Below, piece after piece: positions 55,851 through 64,000 of a stretch of DNA of 64,000 nt. This stretch comes from Crocinitomicaceae bacterium (GTDB taxonomy: Bacteria > Bacteroidota > Bacteroidia > Flavobacteriales_D > Crocinitomicaceae). The notes beneath the pieces are model-generated. The model worked only from the letters and a program-made list of their open reading frames with translations. It did no database searches and was not told the DNA's origin. The first letter of the stretch is position 1, and the number at the start of each line of letters is the position of its first letter. The position numbers and the translations under genes were made by a program. Where the stretch lies: positions 4,880 to 68,879 of the forward strand of contig JANRBR010000024.1 in NCBI GenBank assembly GCA_030727405.1, in the 5' to 3' direction.

Positions 55851-58231
55851 CGAATGACGTTCACATGTCCCGTCATATCTTCAAATATGCCCTTGCCAAT
55901 TTCATACACAAAACGCCAAGAGTAGGTGCCAATTTGTACCGGAACACCATTGTAAGTGCCATCCCACTTAAAATTCAAATCTTCCGATTCAAATATGAGT
56001 TCTCCCCAACGGTTGTATAGGTAAAAATGACCGCCTAATAAGCCAATGAATTGTCCAAAGTAAAACTCATTGCAGTTATCTTGGTCAGGTGTAAATGAAT
56101 TCGGGAAGTAAATATACCTTTCCGGTAGAATGCGGATCCATTTACTCACGCTATCCACACATCCTTTTTGATCTGTAGCGGTTAAGGTCACTAAATAATC
56201 GCCTTGGTCCTCATAAATATGATTCGGATTCACTAAAAATGATTGTTGCGTACCATCGCCAAAATCCCAGACATATGCCCATGCATTTTGGGATTGATTT
56301 AAAAACGAGGTGGACAATGCCTCTGTTGGATATTGTGTCATGATCCAAAAATCAGCTGTTGGTTTTACAACCTGCACAAGTGCCGCACCTGTTACAACAA
56401 ATGTTTGACATTCATCAGAAACTTGAACGACATAGGAAGTACTTGTGTTTGGTTGCACCCAAATTCCTGGAACGGTTTGATTTGTTTGCGTCCACAAATA
56501 ATAATAATTGCCAAACCCTCCATTAGCTGAGACTTGTATGAATGCACTATCACCTGGGCAAATTTGGATAGGACCATTAAACTGCAGCGTCAAAGGAGCG
56601 CTCGTTATGGTATACAAGACAGAATCTACTGCGGTATTCCCGCAATTATCACTAACTACGATGGTATAATTCGTTGTTGTTGCAGGTGCAACAGAAATGG
56701 AGTCTCCTAGTCCGACTATGGAATTATTCGCGGTCCAAGTGTAGGAATACACACCCGTTCCTCCACTCGTTATAACGCCAAAATCCTGCGGGATAAATGG
56801 ACATATTTCAGTCACATCATTACTCAGAATGAAACTAATCGGCTGGAATTGCGGGACGGTTACCACAATGGATGTCGAAGTTGGAGCGCTCGCACATGCA
56901 TCTGTAACTTGAACCGAAATGGTTTGGGTTGCCGAAGGTGTCAAACTGATGGAACTCGTTGTTTCCCCGGTGCTCCAAGTATATTGATAAGGTGTTACTC
57001 CTCCTGTTACCGTCGTACTTAAGGTTACGGGGTCTCCAGGACAAGAAATGGTTCCTCCATTGATGACCACATTGACTGGGGCGACATCTTGAATATAAAG
57101 CGTCACGACAAGAGGTGTAATGTTTCCACAAGGATCACTGATTGGGAAAGTAAGTACCACATTTTCTAGTCCTTCGCTTAAGTTATCGAAAAGTGCATTC
57201 ATGGTAAAAGTCGCGGTTGCTTGACCAGCATTGAACGTAATGTTTCCGGGAATTCCATTGAAATCCAAGCCGTTGGTGGCAGTTCCGCTGACTTGAACTG
57301 GAATTGTTAACGAAGTGTTTAAGTTATTTTGACGTGTCAATGTTACAGAAGCTGAAACACATCCTTCCGCCAGCCAATCTGGATTTGTATACACTTGTTG
57401 AGAGAGCGTGTAGTCGATTTCAATCGGGGTCTTGGTAGAAAGGCTGTTTGCTTCTAAAAACATACCCGAATCCCATGCTCCATCACCTGCATCGGCAATC
57501 GCAATTATTAAATGGTAGGTTTGTCCGCATTGGACTTTGGAAACCGCCTCTAACACATGAGTAAACCCATCGTATTGAATGTATTGCGGACTAGCATTGT
57601 AAGGCGCCATATTCCCATCACCATTAAAATGAAAATACTGTTGGTTGGTAATAGCGTTGACATTGTTAATGGAAACAATTCCTCCCCCATTTGGTAGACT
57701 TGCGATGTTCTGCATACCAACAATTCCTGGTCCAGAAATAAAAAAGCCAAACACATCGTTGTATCCTGAATTATTCGGAGGCGCAAATTCCGGGTATTCG
57801 TCTGAGCCAAACACATACTTAAATCGAACGGTATCCGCATAAGGAATGAAATCAAATTCAAGGGTTGCCGCGTTATAGGTTTGTGTTCCACCAAGTAATT
57901 GGTTGCTTAACAGAGGTGAGCCAGGAGCGTTATTATCCATTCCGGCATTTGTTTCATCATTTGGTCCTTGTGGTCCACTCGTAGTCGCTTGAACCGTACC
58001 CGTTGTCATGACAATTCCCTGAGTTATCCCTAATGTGGTGTTATTGGCTGTAAATTGTCCAATTGCTCCAGGACTTCCATTGTACATGACATTGGAGACT
58101 GTTACACCGCTTCCCAATAATACATTCTGGACAAGTCCTTGAGGAGACAAACTGGTATTAGTAATCAACTGGCCATAAGCCAATGAATGCATCGCAAATG
58201 CGAGCAAAATGAAACCAAATTTACCAATCAT
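55847..58231 (-). CDS. adhesin-like protein: choice-of-anchor L domain, Calx-beta-like domain, three SprB-type repeats, PKD domain and T9SS type B C-terminal domain
   Basis: 794 aa. N-terminus LVQNVLLGSGVTVSNVMYNGSPGAIGQF...GIVMTTG. Three C-P-G...GG-x-x-x-Y-x-Y-x-W modules. YVWDFGDGT PKD block. C-terminus FPNSFTPDQDNCNEF...LYNRWGELIF...WDGTYNG...GHVNVIR. Confidence 0.85.
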   Translation of the reverse strand: MIGKFGFILLAFAMHSLAYGQLITNTSLSPQGLVQNVLLGSGVTVSNVMYNGSPGAIGQFTANNTTLGITQGIVMTTGTVQATTSGPQGPNDETNAGMDNNAPGSPLLSNQLLGGTQTYNAATLEFDFIPYADTVRFKYVFGSDEYPEFAPPNNSGYNDVFGFFISGPGIVGMQNIASLPNGGGIVSINNVNAITNQQYFHFNGDGNMAPYNASPQYIQYDGFTHVLEAVSKVQCGQTYHLIIAIADAGDGAWDSGMFLEANSLSTKTPIEIDYTLSQQVYTNPDWLAEGCVSASVTLTRQNNLNTSLTIPVQVSGTATNGLDFNGIPGNITFNAGQATATFTMNALFDNLSEGLENVVLTFPISDPCGNITPLVVTLYIQDVAPVNVVINGGTISCPGDPVTLSTTVTGGVTPYQYTWSTGETTSSISLTPSATQTISVQVTDACASAPTSTSIVVTVPQFQPISFILSNDVTEICPFIPQDFGVITSGGTGVYSYTWTANNSIVGLGDSISVAPATTTNYTIVVSDNCGNTAVDSVLYTITSAPLTLQFNGPIQICPGDSAFIQVSANGGFGNYYYLWTQTNQTVPGIWVQPNTSTSYVVQVSDECQTFVVTGAALVQVVKPTADFWIMTQYPTEALSTSFLNQSQNAWAYVWDFGDGTQQSFLVNPNHIYEDQGDYLVTLTATDQKGCVDSVSKWIRILPERYIYFPNSFTPDQDNCNEFYFGQFIGLLGGHFYLYNRWGELIFESEDLNFKWDGTYNGVPVQIGTYSWRFVYEIGKGIFEDMTGHVNVIR

Positions 58232-58296
58232 ATTTATCTACTATACTATTAAACGTAAGAAAAGGAAAATCGTTGTTAAAAACCGCGTATTTTTTC

Positions 58297-58324
58297 AAAA
58301 AAAAAGGATGCCGAAGCATCCTTT
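58297..58324 (-). terminator. rho-independent terminator ending the YceI-YceI-membrane protein unit
   Basis: Stem AAAGGATGC/GCATCCTTT with a TTCG loop on the minus strand, followed by a T-run (complement of the A9 at 58297-58305). Confidence 0.85.
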
Positions 58325-58348
58325 AGATCATTTCATAATAAAACAATG

Positions 58349-58747
58349 TTAATCCTCCATCATTGGCTTAAGTGTATACCACGCTAAAAATGGGAAAAAA
58401 TGCATCGGCATCGCATAACCCCAGAATGCAATTTGATCACAATCCTGGCATTTGTCTCCAAATTGGAACAGCAATACTCTTAACAAAGAAGCGGTAGATA
58501 ACATGCTAAATAAAAATCCAAAAACGATTTCTCCAGTTTTTTTGGAAAGAAATTTTAACACTAACCAATGTCCTCCAGTCGCTAAAATCGTGCCTATTAG
58601 ACAAGAAATAAAGATCGCAGGCACAGGAACAACAGATGAATAGTCTTCTCCTGTAAATTGATCGCTTTGAAAGATGGCACTCCATCCAAAGGAGACCAAT
58701 CCTGCTAACAAACCAGAACTAAGTGCAAAAATGATTTTCTTTTTCAT
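58349..58747 (-). CDS. hypothetical small membrane protein (4 TM segments)
   Basis: 132 aa with four hydrophobic segments and a CQDC motif between TM3 and TM4. Followed by a strong terminator. Confidence 0.5.
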   Translation of the reverse strand: MKKKIIFALSSGLLAGLVSFGWSAIFQSDQFTGEDYSSVVPVPAIFISCLIGTILATGGHWLVLKFLSKKTGEIVFGFLFSMLSTASLLRVLLFQFGDKCQDCDQIAFWGYAMPMHFFPFLAWYTLKPMMED

Positions 58748-58750
58748 ATT

Positions 58751-59269
58751 TTATTTTTTTTGAACGGGTAATGTGGCTGTGATTTTAATGTTGTCAGCGA
58801 CTTCATTTCCTTTCTTGCCGATATTATAATCCGATCGATTCACGTTAAATTTAGCGATAAAAGTGCCTTTTGTACCTTTTTTAGTAAAAGTAAATGGAAT
58901 AACCACATCCTTTTTAACGCCATGCATTTCAAGTTTACCACTTGCCTTATATCCGGCATCGGTTTTCTGAATTTTAGTGGATACGAATTCGATGTAAGGA
59001 TATTTTTCTGCGTGGAACCATTCGTCCCCAATGGCATGTTTATTTTGCAAGCCATTACCCGTGTTAATCGAAGAAACCTTTAATTTGAATGTTAATTTGG
59101 CGGTGCTTAAATTCGCTGCGTCGAAGACAATAGTGCCGCTCATTTGATCAAATGTGCCACTCACATCTTTGTTTGAAAAAGCAACTTTATGTGTTTCTAA
59201 AATTTTCCATGCTTGTGCTTGACTTGCAAAAGAAAGAAAACACAGCAATAACAAGCTTAATGATTTCAT
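58751..59269 (-). CDS. YceI family protein
   Basis: 172 aa. Signal peptide; FKLKVSSINTGNGLQNKH and LEMHGVKKDVVIPFTF are typical YceI blocks. Confidence 0.88.
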   Translation of the reverse strand: MKSLSLLLLCFLSFASQAQAWKILETHKVAFSNKDVSGTFDQMSGTIVFDAANLSTAKLTFKLKVSSINTGNGLQNKHAIGDEWFHAEKYPYIEFVSTKIQKTDAGYKASGKLEMHGVKKDVVIPFTFTKKGTKGTFIAKFNVNRSDYNIGKKGNEVADNIKITATLPVQKK

Positions 59270-59288
59270 CGAAATAAGGTTTTTTGTA

Positions 59289-59858
59289 TTAATTTTTAGA
59301 AACTTCTAGGTCAGCAACAAGTTTTACCTCATCGGATAAACCTGGTCCAGCTTGACCAACACCAAAATCAGAACGTTTCACTACTCCTGAAATGCTCAAT
59401 CCAGCTACATCGTTTCCAGCTTGGTTCTTCACTACACCCGTATTAACTGCTGTTAAAACAACTGATTTAGTGATGCCGTGCATGGTGAAATCACCAACGA
59501 TTTCATATTTGTTCCCTTTCGCTTTTTTAACAGAAGTACTTTTAAAGGTTAAGGTTGGGAATTTTTCAGCATCAAAGAAATCCGCTGTTTTCAAGTGATT
59601 GTCACGCATTTCAATTCCCGTATTGATGGAATTCGCTTGTGCGGTCATTTCAATGGATGCACCTGTGAAGTCATCGTTCGGAGTACTAATTTTCACATCA
59701 AAGTTAGAGAATTGACCATGAATATCTGTGATACCCATGTGTTGGATGGTAAATCCTAATCGTGAATGAGCACCATCCATTGACCAGTTAGCCAATTCCA
59801 ATGCTGTGAAAGAGAATAATGCAAATGCTGCAAATAATGATAAAACTACTTTTTTCAT
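59289..59858 (-). CDS. YceI family protein
   Basis: 189 aa. Signal peptide; HSRLGFTIQHMGITDIHGQF, NSINTGIEMRDNHLK and FTMHGITKSVVL. Confidence 0.88.
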   Translation of the reverse strand: MKKVVLSLFAAFALFSFTALELANWSMDGAHSRLGFTIQHMGITDIHGQFSNFDVKISTPNDDFTGASIEMTAQANSINTGIEMRDNHLKTADFFDAEKFPTLTFKSTSVKKAKGNKYEIVGDFTMHGITKSVVLTAVNTGVVKNQAGNDVAGLSISGVVKRSDFGVGQAGPGLSDEVKLVADLEVSKN

Positions 59859-59964
59859 GCTATTTTTTATTTTTTAAGTTAAACAATCAATTGACTGCAA
59901 AGTTTGCGCCAATTCGTGAATTTTCTCTTGATGTAGGTTAACAGTTATTCGATTTTGCAGAAAG

Positions 59965-62900
59965 CTAGTCGATTGGAGCCTTCAGTGCACTTAATTTTTC
60001 AAATGCATCCTTGATGTGGCGAATGGGTTCCACCACAAGCCTGAGCTTATCGTTTTGTTGTACAAGGCGGTACCCGGACTGATGCTTCATGATAGCATTT
60101 AATGTAAACGTAAAGGCTTCTGTTTCAAAGAAAGGAGATTGGGGATTTGCAATAAAGTAACCAACTAATTTCTCCGATTTGATCACCAAACGTTCCAAGC
60201 CTAATTCTTCAGCCAACCAACGAAGTTCGAATGAAAACAACAATTCTTTAACCTCCCTCGGAAGTGGTCCAAATCGATCGGCTAATTCTTTTGAAAATTG
60301 ATCTAATTCAGCTTTGTTCTTCAAGTGATCCAATGCCTGATACAAACTCAATCGTTCTGCCACGTTATTGACATAATCGTCTGGGATTCTCACTTCCATG
60401 TCTGTCTCAAAAATGCAATCTTGTACATAAGATGCCATGAATTGATCTGTATGACGGTCATCAAAGAGTTCTTTAAACTCACTTTCTTTGAGTTCTTGCA
60501 TAGCTTCATTCAAGATTTTTTGATACATTTCAAAGCCAATTTCTGAGATAAAACCACTTTGTTCTCCTCCCAACATATTCCCCGCTCCTCGGATGTCTAA
60601 ATCCTTCATAGCGATGTTGAATCCTGAACCCAAATCTGAGAACTGTACAAGCGCTTCCAAGCGTTTACGTGCCTCACTTGTTAAGACGCTAAATTTTGGA
60701 GCGACTAAGTAACAAAATCCTTTTTTATTGGAGCGACCAACCCTTCCCCTTAATTGATGCAAATCACTTAATCCAAATTTATGGGCATCGTTGATGATGA
60801 TCGTGTTTGCATTTGATATGTCGATACCAGATTCGATAATGGTTGTTGCTAAGAGCACGTCATAAGTTCCATTAATGAAATCCATCATGATTTTTTCCAG
60901 CTGTTTTCCATCCATTTGTCCATGACCTATTCCCACTCGTACGCCAGGGCAAAGTCTGCTGATCATCCCTGCGATTTCGCGAATGTTCGACAAGCGGTTA
61001 TTGACAAAAAACACTTGTCCACCGCGCGATACTTCATAGGCAATAGCATCCCGTATGGTTTCCTCTTGAAAGGAAATAATTTCTGTTAATACGGGCTGAC
61101 GGTTAGGAGGTGGTGTGTTGATGATGCTTAAATCCCGTGCACCCATCAAGGAGAACTGCAGGGTTCTTGGAATCGGCGTTGCTGTGAGTGTTAGGGTGTC
61201 AACGGTGGTTCGGATGGTTTTCAACTTGTCTTTGACTGAAACACCAAACTTTTGTTCCTCGTCAATGATCATCAATCCCAAATCTTTGAATTTTACACGG
61301 TCAGCAACGACTGCATGCGTTCCGATTAGGATGTCGATTTTACCTTCTGCTAATTTTTTAAGCGTTTCAGTAATGTCTTTAGCTGATTTAAATCGATTGA
61401 TGTAATCTACCGAACAAGGAAATGCCGAAAGCCTTTCTTTGAAACTACGGTAATGTTGAAGGGATAAGATGGTGGTTGGAACCAGTACTGCGACTTGTTT
61501 CGAATCAGTGACCGCTTTGAACGCTGCACGAATGGCCACCTCAGTCTTTCCAAATCCAACATCTCCACATACCAGACGATCCATGGGTGTTGATGCCTCC
61601 ATGTCGCGCTTGATGTCTTGCGTTGCTTTGAATTGATCTGGCGTGTCTTCAAACATAAAAGAGGCCTCCAATTCATTTTGCAAATAACTATCGGGCGAAA
61701 AGGTGAATCCTGGTTGACTCCGACGTTTTGCGTAAAGTTGAATTAAATCAAAGGCAAGTTCCTTGATTTTTTTCTTGGTTTTATTCTTTAAAGTTGCCCA
61801 TGTTTGGGTACCTAGCTTATTCATTTTTGGGATGGAGCCGTCTTTCCCTGTAAACTTCGAAATGCGATGTAAGGAGTGAATTCCGACGTAAAGCACATCC
61901 CCATCTTTGTAAATGAGTCGAATGGCTTCTTGTGGTTTCCCATTCACATCGATGGTTTCCAAACCGGAAAATTGACCAACGCCATGATCGATGTGCGTCA
62001 CATAATCACCTTTCTGAAGGTTGTATATTTCCTTTAATGTGAGGGCTTGCTTGGCTTGACGAAATCCTTCTTTCAAACGAAAGCGGTGGTATCGTTCAAA
62101 GATTTGATGATCCGTGTAGCAGACAAGTTTCAGCTCAGGAGAAATAAATCCTTCGTGCAAGGCAAAATTCATGGCCGTGAAATTCACTTCTGCCCCGATG
62201 TCTTCAAAAATTTGATAAAGACGTTCAATCTGTCTTGGTTGATTTGAAAATATCAGGTTGTCAAAGCGATTCGCCTGCCTTGCGAGTAAATCGGTTTTAA
62301 GCAGGTCGAAATTTTTATTGAAATTTGGTTGTGGAATGAAATCAAATTGAAAAACATGTTTACTCGAATAATGGTAAACAGGACCCCATTCGATGATTTT
62401 GGTCCGTTCTAAGCTCTTTTGAAACTCAACAGACGAAAGGTATAAAGAGCTCGGTAGTGTGTGTCGAACGGTTTCATTTAAATCGGTGTAGATTTCTACG
62501 GAATGGTCGTATTCTTTTCTGAGAATGCTTTCTGTTCGTTCAAAGGAACTTATCCAGCAACATAAATCTGGCCCTAAAAAAGTAAAGATATCTTCCTGAG
62601 ATTCGATGGTCATTTGACCTTGAATGTTTGGGATGACGTTAAAGAAGGCATGTGTGCCAATAGACAACTGAGTTGCCGCGTCAAAGGTTCGTATGGACTC
62701 TACTTCTTCGCCAAAGAATTCAATTCGAAACGGAAAATCATTGGCATATGAAAAGACATCTACAATTCCTCCACGAATGGAAAACTGACCAGGTTCATAA
62801 ACGAAATCGACCCGGTCAAACTGATATTCCAAAAGCAATTCATTGATGAAATCAATGCTATAATTCTTCCTTACTTCGATTCTCAGTGTATTCTTAATGA

Positions 62901-63312
62901 GGTTCTTTTGTGTAGGGACTTTTTCAAAAAGAGCTTCAGGATAGGTCACCACCCAAGCATTCGCGCCACCAGAAATACGTTCAAGTACCTCGGCACGTGT
63001 AACAACATTGGCGTTATCGGTTTCTTCTAATTGATAAGGAACGCGGTAGGATGCCGGAAAAAACAAAACCCTTTTATCCTCTGGAAAGATTCCCTCAAGG
63101 TCATTCAGGAAATATGCCGCCTCTTCTTTGTCGTTCAGAATGAATAAGTGATTCCCAGGGACTTGCTGCGCTACAGAAATGGATGTCAAGGATTTAGCAG
63201 ATCCTACGAGTCCTTTCCAATGGACACGCACGCTCCCCTGGCTTAAAAGCGAAGCCGTTTGATCAATTTGCCCAAGTTTGGCAATGGATTTCAGGAGGTG
63301 TGTTTGGTCCAT
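59965..63312 (-). CDS. mfd: transcription-repair coupling factor
   Basis: 1115 aa. UvrB-homology N-terminus, CarD-like domain (GDYVTHIDHGVGQF), SF2 helicase motifs (GDVGFGKTEVA, DEEQKFGV, TATPIPRT, QLRGRVGRS) and the TRG region. Confidence 0.96.
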   Translation of the reverse strand: MDQTHLLKSIAKLGQIDQTASLLSQGSVRVHWKGLVGSAKSLTSISVAQQVPGNHLFILNDKEEAAYFLNDLEGIFPEDKRVLFFPASYRVPYQLEETDNANVVTRAEVLERISGGANAWVVTYPEALFEKVPTQKNLIKNTLRIEVRKNYSIDFINELLLEYQFDRVDFVYEPGQFSIRGGIVDVFSYANDFPFRIEFFGEEVESIRTFDAATQLSIGTHAFFNVIPNIQGQMTIESQEDIFTFLGPDLCCWISSFERTESILRKEYDHSVEIYTDLNETVRHTLPSSLYLSSVEFQKSLERTKIIEWGPVYHYSSKHVFQFDFIPQPNFNKNFDLLKTDLLARQANRFDNLIFSNQPRQIERLYQIFEDIGAEVNFTAMNFALHEGFISPELKLVCYTDHQIFERYHRFRLKEGFRQAKQALTLKEIYNLQKGDYVTHIDHGVGQFSGLETIDVNGKPQEAIRLIYKDGDVLYVGIHSLHRISKFTGKDGSIPKMNKLGTQTWATLKNKTKKKIKELAFDLIQLYAKRRSQPGFTFSPDSYLQNELEASFMFEDTPDQFKATQDIKRDMEASTPMDRLVCGDVGFGKTEVAIRAAFKAVTDSKQVAVLVPTTILSLQHYRSFKERLSAFPCSVDYINRFKSAKDITETLKKLAEGKIDILIGTHAVVADRVKFKDLGLMIIDEEQKFGVSVKDKLKTIRTTVDTLTLTATPIPRTLQFSLMGARDLSIINTPPPNRQPVLTEIISFQEETIRDAIAYEVSRGGQVFFVNNRLSNIREIAGMISRLCPGVRVGIGHGQMDGKQLEKIMMDFINGTYDVLLATTIIESGIDISNANTIIINDAHKFGLSDLHQLRGRVGRSNKKGFCYLVAPKFSVLTSEARKRLEALVQFSDLGSGFNIAMKDLDIRGAGNMLGGEQSGFISEIGFEMYQKILNEAMQELKESEFKELFDDRHTDQFMASYVQDCIFETDMEVRIPDDYVNNVAERLSLYQALDHLKNKAELDQFSKELADRFGPLPREVKELLFSFELRWLAEELGLERLVIKSEKLVGYFIANPQSPFFETEAFTFTLNAIMKHQSGYRLVQQNDKLRLVVEPIRHIKDAFEKLSALKAPID

Positions 63313-63572
63313 GAATAGCGCGAAATTAATGAATCTTATTTGATTCCGAACGAAGAAAAGCGATGGATATTATGTAAGAAGTAAGGATTTGATGTCCGTC
63401 TTTCTTATAAGCCAAACGAGATTCATTTTTAACGTGTACCAAAATGAACGATTATGCGTTGTTCTTGTACGTTAAAAGTGAAATAACAATTTGATGTGAA
63501 TATCTAATGACCTATGGTCGATTTAACCTGTGTTCATTTTTTACTTTTATCCGACGAAAACTAATTAAACGT

Positions 63573-64000
63573 ATGAAAAAACAATTGAAATATCTATTTG
63601 TGATCACTTCATTGATCTCGACAGGATTTATTTATGCGCAGGATCAAGTAGCACCAGTCGCTACAACTACCGCTGCAGAAACAGGTAAAATCGTAGAAGA
63701 AATTTCTGCTTTAGAGTTCTTAATGAAAGGTGGTGTCTTTTTAATTCCAATTGCACTTCTATTGTTTTATACATCCTATGTAGCCGTTGAGCGTTATTTG
63801 TACATTAAGCGCATGACAAAGCATAACAAAAACATGTTGACACAAATCAAATCGAATTTAGAGAACGCTAATATTCAAGGTGCTTTAAACACCCTTTCAC
63901 AGGATCAAACCGCATTCGCAAATGTTGTGCGTGAAGGAGTTCAGTCGATGGGTAGACCAATTCCACAAATTGAATCGAACATGGAGAAAGTAGCGAACAT
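63573..64000 (+). CDS. MotA/TolQ/ExbB proton-channel family protein, N-terminal part (continues beyond the right edge)
   Basis: ATG 63573, open to the window end. Signal-like N-terminus, then LEFLMKGGVFLIPIALLLFYTSYVAVERYLYI, typical of Bacteroidota ExbB. Confidence 0.85.
   Translation, partial: MKKQLKYLFVITSLISTGFIYAQDQVAPVATTTAAETGKIVEEISALEFLMKGGVFLIPIALLLFYTSYVAVERYLYIKRMTKHNKNMLTQIKSNLENANIQGALNTLSQDQTAFANVVREGVQSMGRPIPQIESNMEKVAN

Noticed and set aside
59859-59964. Inverted 7-mers CTGCAAA (59898-59904) / TTTGCAG (59953-59959) and the palindrome GCAAAGTTTGC upstream of the YceI unit as a regulatory element
   Set aside because: The arms are short, AT-rich matches about 50 nt apart, which is expected by chance at this composition. 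The nearby AAACTTTG is only a partial promoter-box match. This is too weak to report as a feature.
1-64000. Search for CRISPR arrays, tRNA/rRNA genes, riboswitch-sized leaders, transposase/IS ends and prophage genes
   Set aside because: No spacer-repeat periodicity was seen. No non-coding stretch is longer than 260 bp, and most are under 110 bp. None of the spacers shows a tRNA-like cloverleaf or a known riboswitch core by eye, and there are no transposase, integrase (other than Xer-type), capsid or terminase-like ORFs. A covariance-model scan would be needed to exclude small RNAs formally.

Overview
AT-rich, very gene-dense chromosomal segment of a Bacteroidota genome, probably Flavobacteriia. 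Support for that placement: type A and type B T9SS C-terminal sorting domains, gliding-type adhesins, TAnnTTTG -7 promoter boxes, no Shine-Dalgarno use, and an rpsU-xerC pair. I call 60 protein-coding genes, of which two are truncated by the window edges and one is a probable gene remnant. I also call 6 hairpin terminators, 14 exact promoter boxes and one short tandem repeat. I saw no rRNA, tRNA, CRISPR array, transposase, phage or integrative element; every stretch longer than about 260 bp is covered by a long ORF. Most of the content is housekeeping: nadC, uvrC, rpsU, apt, pheS, tatC, lptB, lpdA, hutI, rsmA, nadD, gmk, mfd and rluD. Interspersed are envelope genes: 5 T9SS cargo proteins, OmpA-family proteins, 2 YceI proteins, 2 APC permeases, and a TonB-dependent receptor and ExbB at the two edges. 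The ORF track translates TTG/GTG starts as M, so I re-set several starts where a terminator hairpin, a signal peptide or a family-typical N-terminus indicated a different start. I did not find a convincing self-contained novel system, and this looks like core chromosome rather than an accessory island. The best leads are a tandem trio of unassigned small lipoproteins between pheS and tatC, a truncated gene remnant with a GC-rich tail between tatC and lptB, and two gene chains tied together by overlapping stop/start codons that contain domains of unknown function (DUF2851-PspC-RmlD-like, and PfkB-DUF349-membrane protein). At window scale, 8 of 10 convergent gene junctions have 3 nt or less of spacing, and several genes have a -7 box exactly 4 nt from the ATG, which suggests leaderless mRNAs. 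All family assignments come from motif recognition by eye and need database confirmation.
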